Source: Cupriavidus necator (GTDB lineage Bacteria; Pseudomonadota; Gammaproteobacteria; Burkholderiales; Burkholderiaceae). From it: a stretch of DNA of 32,000 nucleotides. Within the stretch, counting starts at the first letter, position 1. Every line of letters begins with the position of its first letter. A program made the translations under genes and the position numbers. The notes below the pieces were generated by a model, which did no database searches, was not told the DNA's origin, and was given only the letters and a program-made list of their open reading frames with translations. Shown here piece by piece: positions 9,160-19,187 of the stretch. The stretch is taken from contig NZ_CP066019.1 of the NCBI RefSeq assembly GCF_016127575.1, positions 180,001 through 212,000 on the forward strand, given 5' to 3'.

Positions 9160-9548
9160 TCAATAGAGGAATCCAGCAGGCTACCGAAGGCGCTGGTCGC
9201 GCGTTTGCAGAAATGACGCTTGCAGAACTGGTTTGCGCCAGATCAAGTGTCAGGGATGTGAACTGTTACAAAATGGGCGCGCCCATGTATGTTCCATGCG
9301 ACATTTGGTTCCCCCCCCGCGTAAGTAGGGATTGGCATTGCGGGTCGATTGCCGATATAAACGTAACAGTCTCACTTACACTCTGTAACACTTGTAACGG
9401 AGTTGATTACAGTTTGACACGGGCGTAGTTCCTTAGTCGTACGTTGTACCCGCCCAGCCGCATACAAACGATCTGGTCGCCGGGCCCGCAAGGGCATCGG
9501 TAAGCGCCGGACAAGCGGCCACGGTGGGTTTTTGGTAGCGGGGATAAA
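9160..9548 (+). promoter_or_regulatory. AT-rich flhDC control region (candidate sigma70 promoter plus long 5' leader)
   Basis: This is the lowest-GC stretch of the chemotaxis half of the window. The candidate promoter is -35 TTGGCA (9332-9337) and -10 ATATAA/TATAAA (9355-9361), giving a leader of about 185 nt. The region also contains repeats and a palindrome (see findings). Confidence 0.4.
9311..9318. repeat. C8 homopolymer tract in the flhDC upstream region
   Basis: Read directly: ggtt-cccccccc-gcg. It lies 14 nt upstream of the candidate -35 element. Confidence 0.9.
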
Positions 9549-9866
9549 TTGGAAAGCAGTGAAGTTCTCCAGGAGATCAGGGAGGTTAACCTCGCCTATC
9601 TGCTGCTCGCGCAACGCCTGGTGCGCGAAAACCAGGTCGAAGCCATGTTCCGGCTCGGGGTCAGCAAGGAAATTGCGGATATTCTTGCCAAGCTGACTTC
9701 CGCGCAACTCGTCAAGCTGGCGGCATCCAACATGGTGCTGTGCAGGTTCCGCTTCGACGACCATGCGCTTCTGTCCACTCTCACCCACACGGCCAAGAGT
9801 CATGACATGCAGCAGATCCACGCCGCGATCCTGCTTGCACGCCAGCCTGTGGAGTCGCTCAATTGA
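9549..9866 (+). CDS. flhD: Flagellar master regulator subunit FlhD
   Basis: [69 protein letters not shown] is colinear with E. coli FlhD ([41 protein letters not shown]...). The only start-type codon after the in-frame stop at 9501 is TTG 9549. GGGGA lies 4-5 nt upstream. Confidence 0.9.
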   Translation: MESSEVLQEIREVNLAYLLLAQRLVRENQVEAMFRLGVSKEIADILAKLTSAQLVKLAASNMVLCRFRFDDHALLSTLTHTAKSHDMQQIHAAILLARQPVESLN

Positions 9867-10468
9867 CCGCGCTCCTGCAGGCCGAGCCCACCCGGAGTTA
9901 CACGGCCACCTCCGTTCCCAGCCGCAAGAGCGTGCTCCAGGATGCGAACCAGACCCAGCTTGCGATCGAGCTGATCGGCCTGGGTGCGCGCCTGCAGGTG
10001 CTTGAAGCCGAGACCACGCTGTCGCGTGACCGGCTCATCCGCCTGTACAAGGAGCTGCGCGGCGTCTCGCCCCCCAAGGGCATGCTTCCCTTCTCGACGG
10101 ACTGGTTCACCACCTGGCTGCCGAATATCCACTCGTCGCTGTTCTTCTCTGCCTACCAGTTCATGGTGCAGGAGGGCGAGACCGTGGGCATTCGCGCGGT
10201 GGTGGCTGCCTACCGCCTGTACCTTGAGCATGTTTCGCTGCTCGGCGGCGAAATTGTCTTAAGTTTCACGCGTGCCTGGACGTTAGTACGGTTCTTCGAG
10301 AGCAACATGCTGCAGCTGTCCCGCTGCACGTGTTGCGGCGGGCAGTTTGTCACGCACGCGTATGAGCCGCACGCGAATTTTGTGTGCAGCCTGTGCCGTC
10401 CGCCGTCACGCGCAGGGAAAGTGAAGAAGCTCTCGAAAGACGCCGCCGCCGTGCAGACCAACGCCTGA
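9863..10468 (+). CDS. flhC: Flagellar master regulator subunit FlhC
   Basis: [50 protein letters not shown] and the zinc site CTCCGG...CSLCRPPSR match E. coli FlhC. The start is either TTG 9863 (GGAG 8 nt upstream, TTGA overlap with the flhD stop) or GTG 9932. Confidence 0.9.
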   Translation: MTALLQAEPTRSYTATSVPSRKSVLQDANQTQLAIELIGLGARLQVLEAETTLSRDRLIRLYKELRGVSPPKGMLPFSTDWFTTWLPNIHSSLFFSAYQFMVQEGETVGIRAVVAAYRLYLEHVSLLGGEIVLSFTRAWTLVRFFESNMLQLSRCTCCGGQFVTHAYEPHANFVCSLCRPPSRAGKVKKLSKDAAAVQTNA

Positions 10469-10587
10469 TCCTGGTCAAGGTCCGCCGGCTGGCAAGCTTG
10501 CAGCGCTGGCGGACGGACCACTCTCCGTTCGCCCGTGCCCGGGCAATTGTGCGTGACTGACGCGCGTATTTAGACGGGGATCCGATC

Positions 10588-11451
10588 GTGCTAGTAGTTC
10601 TTGGCTATGTCGTCGTGGTTGTGGCGGTGCTTGGCGGTTACGCCATGACCGGCGGCCACATGGGCGCGCTATATCAACCGGCGGAATTTGTGATCATCGG
10701 GGGCGCCGCCTTCGGCGCCTTCATCGCCACCAATACAGCAAAGGCCATCAAGGCCACCATCAAGGCCCTGCCGGGCCTGTTCAAGAGTTCCAAGTACAAG
10801 AAAGAGCTGTACCTGGACGTCATGTCGCTGCTGTACGTGCTGCTGTCCAAGGCACGGCGCGAAGGCATCCTGTTCCTGGAAAAGGAAATCGCGGACCCCG
10901 CCGCCAGCAGCGTCTTCAGCCAGTACCCGCGCATCCTGTCGGATCCGGTGGTGATGGAATTCCTCACCGACTACCTGCGCATGATGGTCAACGGCAACAT
11001 GAACGCCTTCGAGATCGAGGCCCTGATGGACCACGAGATCGAGACCTTCCGCCACGAGGCCGAGATCCCCGCCCATGCGCTGTCGCGCGTCGGCGACGCG
11101 CTGCCCGCCTTCGGCATCGTTGCCGCGGTGATGGGCGTGGTGCACGCGCTGGGTTCGGCCGACCTGCCGCCGGCCGAGCTGGGTGCGCTGATCGCGCACG
11201 CCATGGTCGGCACCTTCCTCGGCATCCTGCTGGCCTATGGCTTTGTCTCGCCGCTGGCCGCGCGCATCGAGCTGCAGGTATCCGAGAACGTCAAGGTCTA
11301 CGAATGCATCAAGGTGGTGCTGCTGGCCTCGCTCAACGGTTACGCGCCGCTGGTGGCGGTGGAATTCGGCCGCAAGGTGCTGTATTCCACGGTGCGGCCG
11401 TCGTTCCTTGAGCTCGACGACCACGTGCGTGAAGTCAAGAGCCTGAATTAA
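10588..11451 (+). CDS. motA: Flagellar stator protein MotA
   Basis: The start is GTG. MLVVLGYVVVVVAVLGGYAMTGGHMGALYQPAEFVIIGGAAFGAFI...LPAFGIVAAVMGVVHALGSADLPPAELGALIAHAMVGTFLGILLAYGF is near-colinear with E. coli MotA. Confidence 0.95.
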   Translation: MLVVLGYVVVVVAVLGGYAMTGGHMGALYQPAEFVIIGGAAFGAFIATNTAKAIKATIKALPGLFKSSKYKKELYLDVMSLLYVLLSKARREGILFLEKEIADPAASSVFSQYPRILSDPVVMEFLTDYLRMMVNGNMNAFEIEALMDHEIETFRHEAEIPAHALSRVGDALPAFGIVAAVMGVVHALGSADLPPAELGALIAHAMVGTFLGILLAYGFVSPLAARIELQVSENVKVYECIKVVLLASLNGYAPLVAVEFGRKVLYSTVRPSFLELDDHVREVKSLN

Positions 11452-11478
11452 GGCGCGCAAGCAGCAAGGGGCACCGTC

Positions 11479-12444
11479 ATGAGCAGCGCACACGATATGC
11501 GTCCGATCATCGTCCGCCGGGCAAAGTCGCACGCCAGGCCGCACGGCAACCACAGCTGGAAGATCGCCTACGCCGACTTCATGACGGCGATGATGGCGCT
11601 GTTCCTGGTGCTGTGGCTGCTGTCCAGCGCCAACAAGAAGACGCTGGAAGGCATTGCCGAGTACTTCCGCATGCCGCTCAAGGTGGCCATCGTCGGCGGC
11701 GAGAAGAGCAGCCAGACCCCGAGCGTGATCCCGGGCGGCGGCCAGGATGCGCTGCGCAAGGACGGCGACACCATGCGCGCGCGCACCAACGAACCCAGCG
11801 ACGAGCAGCGGCGCAACGAGCAGCAGGAAGCGCAGCGCCTGCGCGCGCTCAAGCAGCGGCTCGAGCAGATCATCGAGAACAACCCGGTGCTGCGCCAGTT
11901 CCGCCCGCAGCTGCTGCTGGACATCACCAGCGAGGGGCTGCGCATCCAGATCCTGGATACGCAGAACCGGCCGATGTTCCGCACCGGCAGCGCCACGGTC
12001 GAGACCTATATGCGCACCATCCTGCGCGAGATCGGGCCGGTGCTGAACGAGCTGCCCAACAAGGTCAGCCTGTCGGGCCATACCGATGCGGCCAACTATT
12101 CCAACGGCGAGCGCACCTACAGCAACTGGGAGCTGTCGGGCGACCGCGCCAACGCTTCGCGCCGCGAGCTGATCGCCGGCGGCATGCAGGAGGGCAAGGT
12201 GCTGCGCGTGCTGGGCCTGGCCGCGACCATGCCGCTGGACAAGGAAGACCTGCTGGCGCCGGTGAACCGGCGCATCAGCATCGTGGTGCTCAACCACAAG
12301 GCCCAGGCGCGCTTCGAGGCCGAGAACGCCAGCGCTGCCGAGGTCACGGTGGCGGCGCAGGCCGGCAAGGCCGCGCAGGAGATGCAGGCAGGGCTGGCAG
12401 CGGCCTCAGCGCCCGCGGCTGCGCCCACGGGCAGCAAACCATGA
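11479..12444 (+). CDS. motB: Flagellar stator protein MotB
   Basis: The N-terminus has SWKIAYADFMTAMMALFLVLWLL (the TM with the conserved Asp). The C-terminus is an OmpA-like peptidoglycan-binding domain (SLSGHTD...NWELSGDRANASRREL...NRRISIVVL). Confidence 0.95.
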   Translation: MSSAHDMRPIIVRRAKSHARPHGNHSWKIAYADFMTAMMALFLVLWLLSSANKKTLEGIAEYFRMPLKVAIVGGEKSSQTPSVIPGGGQDALRKDGDTMRARTNEPSDEQRRNEQQEAQRLRALKQRLEQIIENNPVLRQFRPQLLLDITSEGLRIQILDTQNRPMFRTGSATVETYMRTILREIGPVLNELPNKVSLSGHTDAANYSNGERTYSNWELSGDRANASRRELIAGGMQEGKVLRVLGLAATMPLDKEDLLAPVNRRISIVVLNHKAQARFEAENASAAEVTVAAQAGKAAQEMQAGLAAASAPAAAPTGSKP

Positions 12445-12496
12445 CGCGCGGCCGTTGCGGCAGCGCCAGTGCAGTAACCAAGTGACTCAGGACGCC

Positions 12497-14497
12497 ATGT
12501 CTGTCGATATCGATATCACACAGTTTTACCAGACCTTCTTCGAGGAAGCGGAAGAACTGCTCGTCGAAATGGAGCAGCTGCTGCTCGGCCTGGACATTGA
12601 GTCGCCCGATCCCGAGCATCTGAACGCGATCTTCCGGGCGGCGCATTCCATCAAGGGCGGGGCTGCCACCTTCGGCTTCGCGGCGCTGACCGAGACCACC
12701 CATATTTTCGAGAACCTGCTGGACCGCACGCGCCGGCAGGAACTGGCGTTGACCAGGACCATCATCGACACCTTTCTGGAAACCAAGGACGTGTTGCAAG
12801 ACCAGCTCAACGCCTACCGCAACGGCACCGAACCCGATCCGGAAACGCTGGCGCGCATCTGCGCCGTGCTGCAACAGCTGGCGCAGGAAGCCGCCGGCCA
12901 TGCCGGCGCAGCTGCCCCGGCGCCCGTACCTGTTGCCGCAACGCCCCCCGCTGCTGCTCCTGCGGGCGGCGGGCTCAAGATCCGCCTGATCCGGGTTTCC
13001 GCCTCCGACCAGGCGCTGCTGCGCGAGGAACTGGCCAACCTGGGCGAGATCACCGGCCAGCAAGAGGTGAATGGCGAACTGGTGGTGTGGCTCAACACCC
13101 AGTGCAGCGCCGACGACATCATCGCGGTGTGCTGCTTCGTGATCGACCTGGACCAGATCGTGATCGAAGCCGAAGCCCCTGCTGCTGCTCCCGCGGTGGT
13201 CGAGGCCCCTGTCCCGGCGCCCGTCCCGGTCGCCACGGCCCCCGCCCCCGCAGCGGCGGCGCCCGCCGCCGCGCGCGAGAAGGCCAAGCCGCAGGCGAGC
13301 GCCGCGCACGGCGAAGGCTCGATCCGCGTGCCGACCGAAAAGGTCGACCAGATCATCAACCTGGTGGGCGAGCTGGTGATCACGCAGTCGATGCTGGCGC
13401 AGACCGCCTCGGCGCTGGACCCGGTGCTGTTCGACCGCCTGTTCTCCGGCATGGGCCAGCTCGAGCGCAATGCGCGCGACCTGCAGGAAGCGGTGATGTC
13501 GATCCGCATGATGCCGATGGACTATGTGTTCTCGCGCTTCCCGCGGCTGGTGCGCGACCTGGCCAGCAAGCTCGGCAAGCAGATCGACCTGGTCACCTTC
13601 GGCAAGGCCACCGAACTGGACAAGAGCCTGATCGAACGCATCATCGATCCGCTCACGCACCTGGTGCGCAACAGCCTGGACCACGGCATCGAAACCCCTG
13701 ACAAGCGCGTGGCCGCCGGCAAGGACGCGACCGGCCAGCTGATCCTGTCCGCGCAGCACCATGGCGGCAATATCGTCATTGAAGTCAGCGACGACGGCGG
13801 CGGCCTGAACCGCGAACGCATCCTGGCCAAGGCCATCCAGAACGGCCTGCCGGTGTCGGAGAACATCACCGACGAGGAAGTCTGGCAGCTGATCTTCGCG
13901 CCGGGTTTCTCCACTGCCGAGGTCGTCACCGACGTGTCGGGCCGCGGCGTTGGCATGGACGTGGTCAAGCGCAATATCCAGGAGATGGGCGGCCACGTCC
14001 AGATCAGCTCGCGCCCGGGCCTGGGCACCACCATCCGCATCGTGCTGCCGCTGACGCTGGCGATCCTGGACGGCATGTCGGTCAAGGTGGGCGAAGAGAC
14101 CTTCATCCTGCCGCTGAACTGCGTGATGGAGTCGCTGCAGCCCAAGGCCGAGGATGTCCACACCGCCGCCAACTCCGATCGCGTCATGCACGTGCGCGGC
14201 GAATACCTGCCGCTGCTGGAAATGCACCGCGTCTTCAACGTCGCCGACGCGCTGCAAGAGCCGACGCATGGCATTGCCGTGATCCTGCAGGCCGAAGGCA
14301 AGCGCTTTGCGCTGCTGGTGGACCAGCTGATCGGCCAGCACCAGGTGGTGCTGAAGAACCTGGAAACCAACTATCGCAAGGTGCCGTGCATCTCGGCGGC
14401 GACCATCCTTGGCGACGGCAGCGTGGCGCTGATCGTCGATGTCGGCGCGCTGCAGCGCACCGGCGTGCGCCGGCAGGAACCGGCGCTGGCGCAGTAA
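12497..14497 (+). CDS. cheA: Chemotaxis histidine kinase CheA
   Basis: From ATG 12497 the translation begins [22 protein letters not shown] (E. coli CheA begins MSMDISDFYQTFFDEADELL). It has the HPt site [14 protein letters not shown], kinase blocks [23 protein letters not shown] and GRGVGMD, and a C-terminal CheW-like domain. AGGA lies 5 nt upstream. The ORF-track TTG at 12455 only adds a non-homologous extension. Confidence 0.93.
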   Translation: MSVDIDITQFYQTFFEEAEELLVEMEQLLLGLDIESPDPEHLNAIFRAAHSIKGGAATFGFAALTETTHIFENLLDRTRRQELALTRTIIDTFLETKDVLQDQLNAYRNGTEPDPETLARICAVLQQLAQEAAGHAGAAAPAPVPVAATPPAAAPAGGGLKIRLIRVSASDQALLREELANLGEITGQQEVNGELVVWLNTQCSADDIIAVCCFVIDLDQIVIEAEAPAAAPAVVEAPVPAPVPVATAPAPAAAAPAAAREKAKPQASAAHGEGSIRVPTEKVDQIINLVGELVITQSMLAQTASALDPVLFDRLFSGMGQLERNARDLQEAVMSIRMMPMDYVFSRFPRLVRDLASKLGKQIDLVTFGKATELDKSLIERIIDPLTHLVRNSLDHGIETPDKRVAAGKDATGQLILSAQHHGGNIVIEVSDDGGGLNRERILAKAIQNGLPVSENITDEEVWQLIFAPGFSTAEVVTDVSGRGVGMDVVKRNIQEMGGHVQISSRPGLGTTIRIVLPLTLAILDGMSVKVGEETFILPLNCVMESLQPKAEDVHTAANSDRVMHVRGEYLPLLEMHRVFNVADALQEPTHGIAVILQAEGKRFALLVDQLIGQHQVVLKNLETNYRKVPCISAATILGDGSVALIVDVGALQRTGVRRQEPALAQ

Positions 14498-14525
14498 CCG
14501 ACCAAACACAGGAGAACTAGACATC

Positions 14526-15020
14526 ATGGCCGGCATCGGACACATCGATACCCCCGGAAGCGACGCTTCGGGCCAGGAGTTCCTGGTCTTCACGCTGGGG
14601 TCGGAGGAATACGGCATCGACATCCTCAAGGTGCAGGAGATCCGCAGCTACGAGACCGTGACCCGCATCTCCAGCGCGCCGGACTTCATCAAGGGCGTGA
14701 CCAACCTGCGCGGCGTGATCGTGCCGATCGTCGACCTGCGCCTGAAGTTCCGCCTGGGCAACGTGCGCTACGACCACCAGACCGTGGTCATCATCCTGAA
14801 CGTGGCCGGCCGCGTGGTCGGCATCGTGGTCGATGGCGTGTCCGATGTGCTGACGCTGACCGGCGATGCGATCAAGCCCGCGCCGGAGTTCGGCGTGTCG
14901 ATCTCGACCGAGCACCTGACCGGGCTGGGCACCATCGACGGCCGCATGCTGGTGCTGATCGACATCGAACGCCTGATGACCAGCGCCGAGATGGCGCTGG
15001 TCGAGGCCGAGCTGGCCTGA
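14526..15020 (+). CDS. cheW: CheW coupling protein (copy 2, in the core che operon)
   Basis: From ATG 14526 (GGAG at 14511-14514) the translation contains [27 protein letters not shown]...[13 protein letters not shown]...[11 protein letters not shown]. The upstream part of the ORF overlaps the cheA 3' end and is Arg-rich. Confidence 0.92.
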   Translation: MAGIGHIDTPGSDASGQEFLVFTLGSEEYGIDILKVQEIRSYETVTRISSAPDFIKGVTNLRGVIVPIVDLRLKFRLGNVRYDHQTVVIILNVAGRVVGIVVDGVSDVLTLTGDAIKPAPEFGVSISTEHLTGLGTIDGRMLVLIDIERLMTSAEMALVEAELA

Positions 15021-15050
15021 CCCTGCGCACGCACCACTGAAGCAAATCCC

Positions 15051-15962
15051 ATGACGCCGTTCCGCACCGCCGCCAGCGTTCCCGGCCAGACCGGGTCGGT
15101 CCTTGCGCCGGGCGCCATCCTGCGGCGCGACGACGCGCGCGACTTCCTGCTGACCGAACGCGATTTCGAGAAAATCCGCGCACTGATCCACCGGCGCGCG
15201 GGCATCTCGCTGGGCAGCCACAAGCGCGAGATGGTCTACAGCCGGCTGGTGCGCCGGCTGCGCACGCTGCAGCTGTCGGACTTCGCCTCGTACCTGGCGC
15301 TGCTGGACGCTGACGACCGCTCTTCGGAGTGGGAGTTCTTCACCAATGCGCTGACCACCAACCTGACCTCGTTCTTCCGCGAGGCCCATCACTTCCCGCT
15401 GCTGGCCGAGCACGCCAAAAAGACCGGCCGCCCCTACAGCGTCTGGTGCTCGGCCGCGTCCACCGGCGAAGAGCCGTACTCGATCGCCATCACGCTGGCG
15501 GAGGCGCTGGGCGACCGCGCCGGCACTGTGCTGGCCACTGACATCGACACCCAGGTGCTGGCCAAGGCCCGCGGCGGCGTGTATTCCGCGGAGCAGGTCG
15601 CGCGGCTGTCGCCGGAACGGCTCAAGCGCTTCTTCCTGAAGGGCACCGGGCCGCGCACCGGTTCGGTCAAGGTCAAGCCGGAACTGGCCGCCACCATCGC
15701 GTTCGAGCCGCTGAACCTGCTCGCACCCGACTGGGGCATGCGCGAGCAGTTCGATGCCATCTTCTGCCGCAACGTGATGATCTACTTCGACAAGCCGACC
15801 CAGGGACGCATCCTGGAGCGCTTCGTGCCGCTGCTCAAGCCGCACGGGCTGCTCTTTGCCGGCCACTCGGAGAACTTCTCCTATGTCACGCGCGCGTTCC
15901 AGCTGCGCGGGCAGACCGTATATGAACTGGCGCCGGACGCGGCCAGGGCGGGAAGGCCGTGA
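15051..15962 (+). CDS. cheR: Chemotaxis methyltransferase CheR
   Basis: The translation has [30 protein letters not shown], the SAM-binding [19 protein letters not shown], and [14 protein letters not shown]. Confidence 0.92.
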   Translation: MTPFRTAASVPGQTGSVLAPGAILRRDDARDFLLTERDFEKIRALIHRRAGISLGSHKREMVYSRLVRRLRTLQLSDFASYLALLDADDRSSEWEFFTNALTTNLTSFFREAHHFPLLAEHAKKTGRPYSVWCSAASTGEEPYSIAITLAEALGDRAGTVLATDIDTQVLAKARGGVYSAEQVARLSPERLKRFFLKGTGPRTGSVKVKPELAATIAFEPLNLLAPDWGMREQFDAIFCRNVMIYFDKPTQGRILERFVPLLKPHGLLFAGHSENFSYVTRAFQLRGQTVYELAPDAARAGRP

Positions 15963-16612
15963 TGCGCACGCCCCATCTGCCCGAAGCGCTTGCCACGCGC
16001 ACGTATTTCGACCGCGAGTTCGGCAAGCAGGCCATCAAGCTGTTGCCCAACGAGTACTACGTGACCCGCGAGGACGTGGTGCTGACCACCGTGCTGGGCT
16101 CGTGCGTGGCGGCCTGCATCCGCGACGAGAGCGCCGGCGTGGGCGGCATGAACCACTTCATGCTGCCCGATGACGACGGCAGCGCCGACCGCATGCTGTC
16201 GGCGTCGATGCGCTACGGCAGCTATGCGCTGGAAGTGCTGATCAACGAACTGCTCAAGATGGGCGCGCGCCGCGAGCGGCTGGAGGCCAAGGTCTTCGGC
16301 GGCGGGGCGGTGCTGGCCAATATGACCACGCTGAATATCGGCGAGCGGAACGCGGATTTCGTCCTGCGCTACCTGAAGACCGAGGAGATCCGCGTTGCGG
16401 CGCAGGACCTGCGCGGCCCGCATGCGCGCCGTGTCAGCTACTTCCCGGTCGGCGGGCTGGCGCTGGTGCGCCGCCTGACGCGGCAGGACGACCAGGTTTC
16501 GGTGGCGCGCGACGAGCGCGCACTGGCCCGCGCCATTGCCACCTCGGCGCGGGCGCCGGCGCAATCGCCTGAATTGTTTGCGCGGCAGTCTTTCTCGCGC
16601 CAGCTTGCCTGA
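15959..16612 (+). CDS. cheD: Chemoreceptor glutamine deamidase CheD
   Basis: The CheD-family core is present: [17 protein letters not shown]...GGMNHFMLP...KVFGGG. The start is GTG 15959 or ATG 15962 and overlaps the cheR stop (GTGATG). Confidence 0.88.
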   Translation: MMRTPHLPEALATRTYFDREFGKQAIKLLPNEYYVTREDVVLTTVLGSCVAACIRDESAGVGGMNHFMLPDDDGSADRMLSASMRYGSYALEVLINELLKMGARRERLEAKVFGGGAVLANMTTLNIGERNADFVLRYLKTEEIRVAAQDLRGPHARRVSYFPVGGLALVRRLTRQDDQVSVARDERALARAIATSARAPAQSPELFARQSFSRQLA

Positions 16613-16635
16613 AACCAATACAAGCACGATCAATC

Positions 16636-17718
16636 ATGACAGCCGCCAAGATCAAGGTGCTCTGCGTGGACGATTCCGCGCTGATCCGCAGCCTGATGAC
16701 GGAGATCATCAACAGCCAGCCCGACATGGAAGTGGTGGGCACCGCGCCCGACCCGCTGGTGGCGCGCGACCTGATCAAGCGCCTGAACCCGGATGTGCTG
16801 ACGCTGGACGTCGAAATGCCGCGCATGGACGGCCTGGACTTCCTGGAACGCCTGATGCGGCTGCGGCCGATGCCGGTGCTGATGGTGTCGTCGCTGACCG
16901 AGCGCGGTTCCGAGATCACCATGCGCGCGCTGGAGCTGGGCGCCGTGGACTTTGTCACCAAGCCCAAGCTGGGCATCCGCGACGGGCTGCTGGAATACAC
17001 CCACACCATCGCCGACAAGCTGCGCGCCGCGTCGCGCGCCCGCGTGCGCGCGGCCGCGCAACCGGCCGCGCCGACGGCGGCCGGCACCGAGCCCGTGCCG
17101 ATGCTGCGCAGCCCGCTGCTGTCGACCGAAAAGCTGATCATCCTGGGCGCCTCCACCGGCGGCACCGAGGCCATCAAGGAATTCCTGATGCCGCTGCCGC
17201 CCGACAGCCCGGCGGTCATGATCGTCCAGCATATGCCGGCCGGCTTTACGCGCTCGTTCGCGCAGCGGCTGGATGGCCTGTGCCGCATCACCGTCAAGGA
17301 AGCCGTGCACGGCGAGCGCGTGCTGCCCGGCCATGCGTATATCGCGCCGGGCGATTCGCACCTGCTGCTCGCGCGCAGCGGCGCCAACTATGTCGCGCAC
17401 CTGTCGCAGGAAGCGCCGGTGAATCGCCACCGCCCGTCGGTCGACGTGCTGTTCGATTCGGCCGCGCAGCATGGCGGCAAGAACGTGATCGGCGTGATCC
17501 TGACCGGCATGGGCCGCGACGGCGCGCGCGGCATGCTGCGCATGCGCGAGGCCGGTGCCTATAACCTGGCCCAGGACGAGCACACATGCATTGTGTTTGG
17601 CATGCCGAAGGAGGCGATCGCCACCGGCGGCGTGCATGAAGTCGTGCCCTTGCCGGCGATGACCCAGCGCGTGATGGCACGCCTGGCCACATACGGCACG
17701 CGCGCGCAGCGGGTGTAA
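16636..17718 (+). CDS. cheB: Chemotaxis methylesterase/deamidase CheB
   Basis: The N-terminal receiver has [12 protein letters not shown] and [14 protein letters not shown]. The C-terminal methylesterase has [18 protein letters not shown] and GMGRDGA. Confidence 0.93.
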   Translation: MTAAKIKVLCVDDSALIRSLMTEIINSQPDMEVVGTAPDPLVARDLIKRLNPDVLTLDVEMPRMDGLDFLERLMRLRPMPVLMVSSLTERGSEITMRALELGAVDFVTKPKLGIRDGLLEYTHTIADKLRAASRARVRAAAQPAAPTAAGTEPVPMLRSPLLSTEKLIILGASTGGTEAIKEFLMPLPPDSPAVMIVQHMPAGFTRSFAQRLDGLCRITVKEAVHGERVLPGHAYIAPGDSHLLLARSGANYVAHLSQEAPVNRHRPSVDVLFDSAAQHGGKNVIGVILTGMGRDGARGMLRMREAGAYNLAQDEHTCIVFGMPKEAIATGGVHEVVPLPAMTQRVMARLATYGTRAQRV

Positions 17719-17806
17719 ACCAAATCGGGCCGAGCGGGGCGCGCATGCCGGCGCGCGGCGCTCGTCCTGGCAACAAGCCAACACTGTATTTACTGGAGCC
17801 CTCAAA

Positions 17807-18193
17807 GTGGACAAGAGCATCAAGATCCTGGTCGTGGATGATTTCCCGACCATGCGCCGGATCATCCGCAACCTGCTCAAGGAGCTGGGTTTCGTCAACG
17901 TCGAGGAAGCCGAGGACGGCGCCGCCGGCCTGGAGAAGGCCAAGGATGGCAGCTTCCAGTTCGTGATCTCGGACTGGAACATGCCCAATATGGATGGGCT
18001 GACCATGCTGCAGGCGATCCGCGCCGATGCCAATATCGGCAAGATCCCGGTGCTGATGGTGACCGCCGAGGCCAAGAAGGAAAACATCATCGCCGCGGCC
18101 CAGGCCGGCGCCAACGGCTACGTGGTCAAGCCGTTCACGGCCGCCACGCTGGACGAGAAGATCACCAAGATCTTCGAGAAACTCGGCGGCTGA
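17807..18193 (+). CDS. cheY: Chemotaxis response regulator CheY
   Basis: The start is GTG with GGAG upstream. [24 protein letters not shown]...[12 protein letters not shown]...[46 protein letters not shown] is nearly residue-for-residue the E. coli CheY pattern. Confidence 0.95.
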   Translation: MDKSIKILVVDDFPTMRRIIRNLLKELGFVNVEEAEDGAAGLEKAKDGSFQFVISDWNMPNMDGLTMLQAIRADANIGKIPVLMVTAEAKKENIIAAAQAGANGYVVKPFTAATLDEKITKIFEKLGG

Positions 18194-18211
18194 GGCGGAG
18201 GCGCGTTTGTC

Positions 18212-18847
18212 ATGACCCCGACCCTGAGCAATGATTCCGCCGAGCAACTGATCATCCGCATCGGCAACCTGACGCGGATGCTGCGCGACAATATGCGCGA
18301 GCTCGGCCTGGACAAGGAGATCGAGCGCGCCGCGCAGGCCATCCCCGATGCGCGCGACCGGCTCAACTACATCGCCGCAATGACCGAGCAGGCCGCCGAG
18401 CGCACGCTGAACGCGGTCGAACTGGCGCAGCCGATCCAGTCCGATATCGAACAGCAGGCCGAAACCCTGGACAAGCGCTGGGAGGCTTGGTTCGAGAAGC
18501 CGGTGGAGCTGGCCGACGCCCGCTCGCTGGTGCTCGACACCCGCGCCTTCCTGTCCGAGGTGCCGGCCCAGGCCCGCGCCACCAACAGCCATCTGCTCGA
18601 CATCATGATGGCGCAGGACTTCCAGGACCTGACCGGCCAGGTCATCAAGAAGATGATGGACATGATCCGCGCGCTGGAGCAGGAGTTGCTGCAGGTGCTG
18701 ATCGACAATGTGCCGTCCGAGCGGCGGGTGGAAGTGCAGGCGCCGTCGACGCTGCTCAATGGTCCGCAGGTGAACCCGGAAGGGAAGCCGGATGTGGTGT
18801 CGGACCAGGCGCAGGTGGATGATTTGTTGGCGAGTTTGGGGTTTTGA
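18212..18847 (+). CDS. cheZ: CheY-P phosphatase CheZ
   Basis: The active-site region DFQDLTGQVIKKMMDMI is present. The C-terminal CheY-binding peptide QAQVDDLLASLGF* resembles the E. coli ending ...QDQVDDLLDSLGF. Confidence 0.9.
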   Translation: MTPTLSNDSAEQLIIRIGNLTRMLRDNMRELGLDKEIERAAQAIPDARDRLNYIAAMTEQAAERTLNAVELAQPIQSDIEQQAETLDKRWEAWFEKPVELADARSLVLDTRAFLSEVPAQARATNSHLLDIMMAQDFQDLTGQVIKKMMDMIRALEQELLQVLIDNVPSERRVEVQAPSTLLNGPQVNPEGKPDVVSDQAQVDDLLASLGF

Positions 18848-18999
18848 GGGTTCGGTTGGGCTGGTGGCGGGAAGCCTTCGATTGCGCTGCGCGCACGCGC
18901 TATCTCAGGTCTTGGGCTAGGGCACGGAGTGCATCGCTGCTCTCGCACAGCGTGGTTGCGTGCGAGCCCGACAGCTTGTTTCCTTCCCGCATGTTTTCT

Positions 19000-19025
19000 C
19001 CCCTCTCCCGCTTGCGGGAGAGGGG
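19000..19025. repeat. REP-like GC-rich hairpin (CCCCTCTCCCG-CTTG-CGGGAGAGGGG)
   Basis: It has an 11-bp perfect stem and a 4-nt loop. In the + frames it translates as ...PLSRLRERG..., which I recall as a common intergenic repeat type in Burkholderiales genomes. It may also act as a transcript-end hairpin about 150 nt after cheZ. Confidence 0.5.
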
Positions 19026-19187
19026 CGGGGGAGAGGGCCGGCGCATCCACGAAGTCAACCGCATCAACACCTGCGCACCCACATCATCCCCGGCAACCCA
19101 GCGATGGACGCTCTTTTAAGAGTTTGCCCATACTCGCGCTTGCTGCCCCTCTTCATACTGGGTTCGTCGCTGCATAGTGGCGACCGG

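Noticed and set aside
9351-9360. GCCGATATAA upstream of flhD as a FliA -10 box.
   Set aside because: There is no TAAA-type -35 at the required 11-16-nt spacing. The sequence there is ATTGGCAT, which fits a sigma70 -35 (TTGGCA) better.
9213-9428. 71-aa ORF in the AT-rich flhDC upstream region.
   Set aside because: It has no SD, a Cys/Val-rich odd composition, and spans the candidate promoter and repeat array. It is more likely non-coding control DNA.
12455-12496. TTG 12455 as the cheA start; likewise 14439 as the cheW start.
   Set aside because: Homology to E. coli CheA begins exactly at ATG 12497, which has an AGGA upstream. The cheW extension overlaps the cheA 3' end and is Arg-rich, while ATG 14526 has a GGAG upstream.
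3561-18592. Many very long minus-strand ORFs across the chemotaxis region (for example 3561-4670, 4667-6283, 6406-8166, 7197-9149, 10669-12297, 12344-14629, 14517-15866, 16630-18114, 17294-18592).
   Set aside because: They are antisense shadows of + strand genes with unmistakable homologues (CheW, Aer, MCP, MotAB, CheA/R/B/Y). Their translations are Arg/Ala/Gly/His/Pro-rich low-complexity sequence, as expected for stop-codon-poor high-GC DNA, and they lack SD-linked starts.
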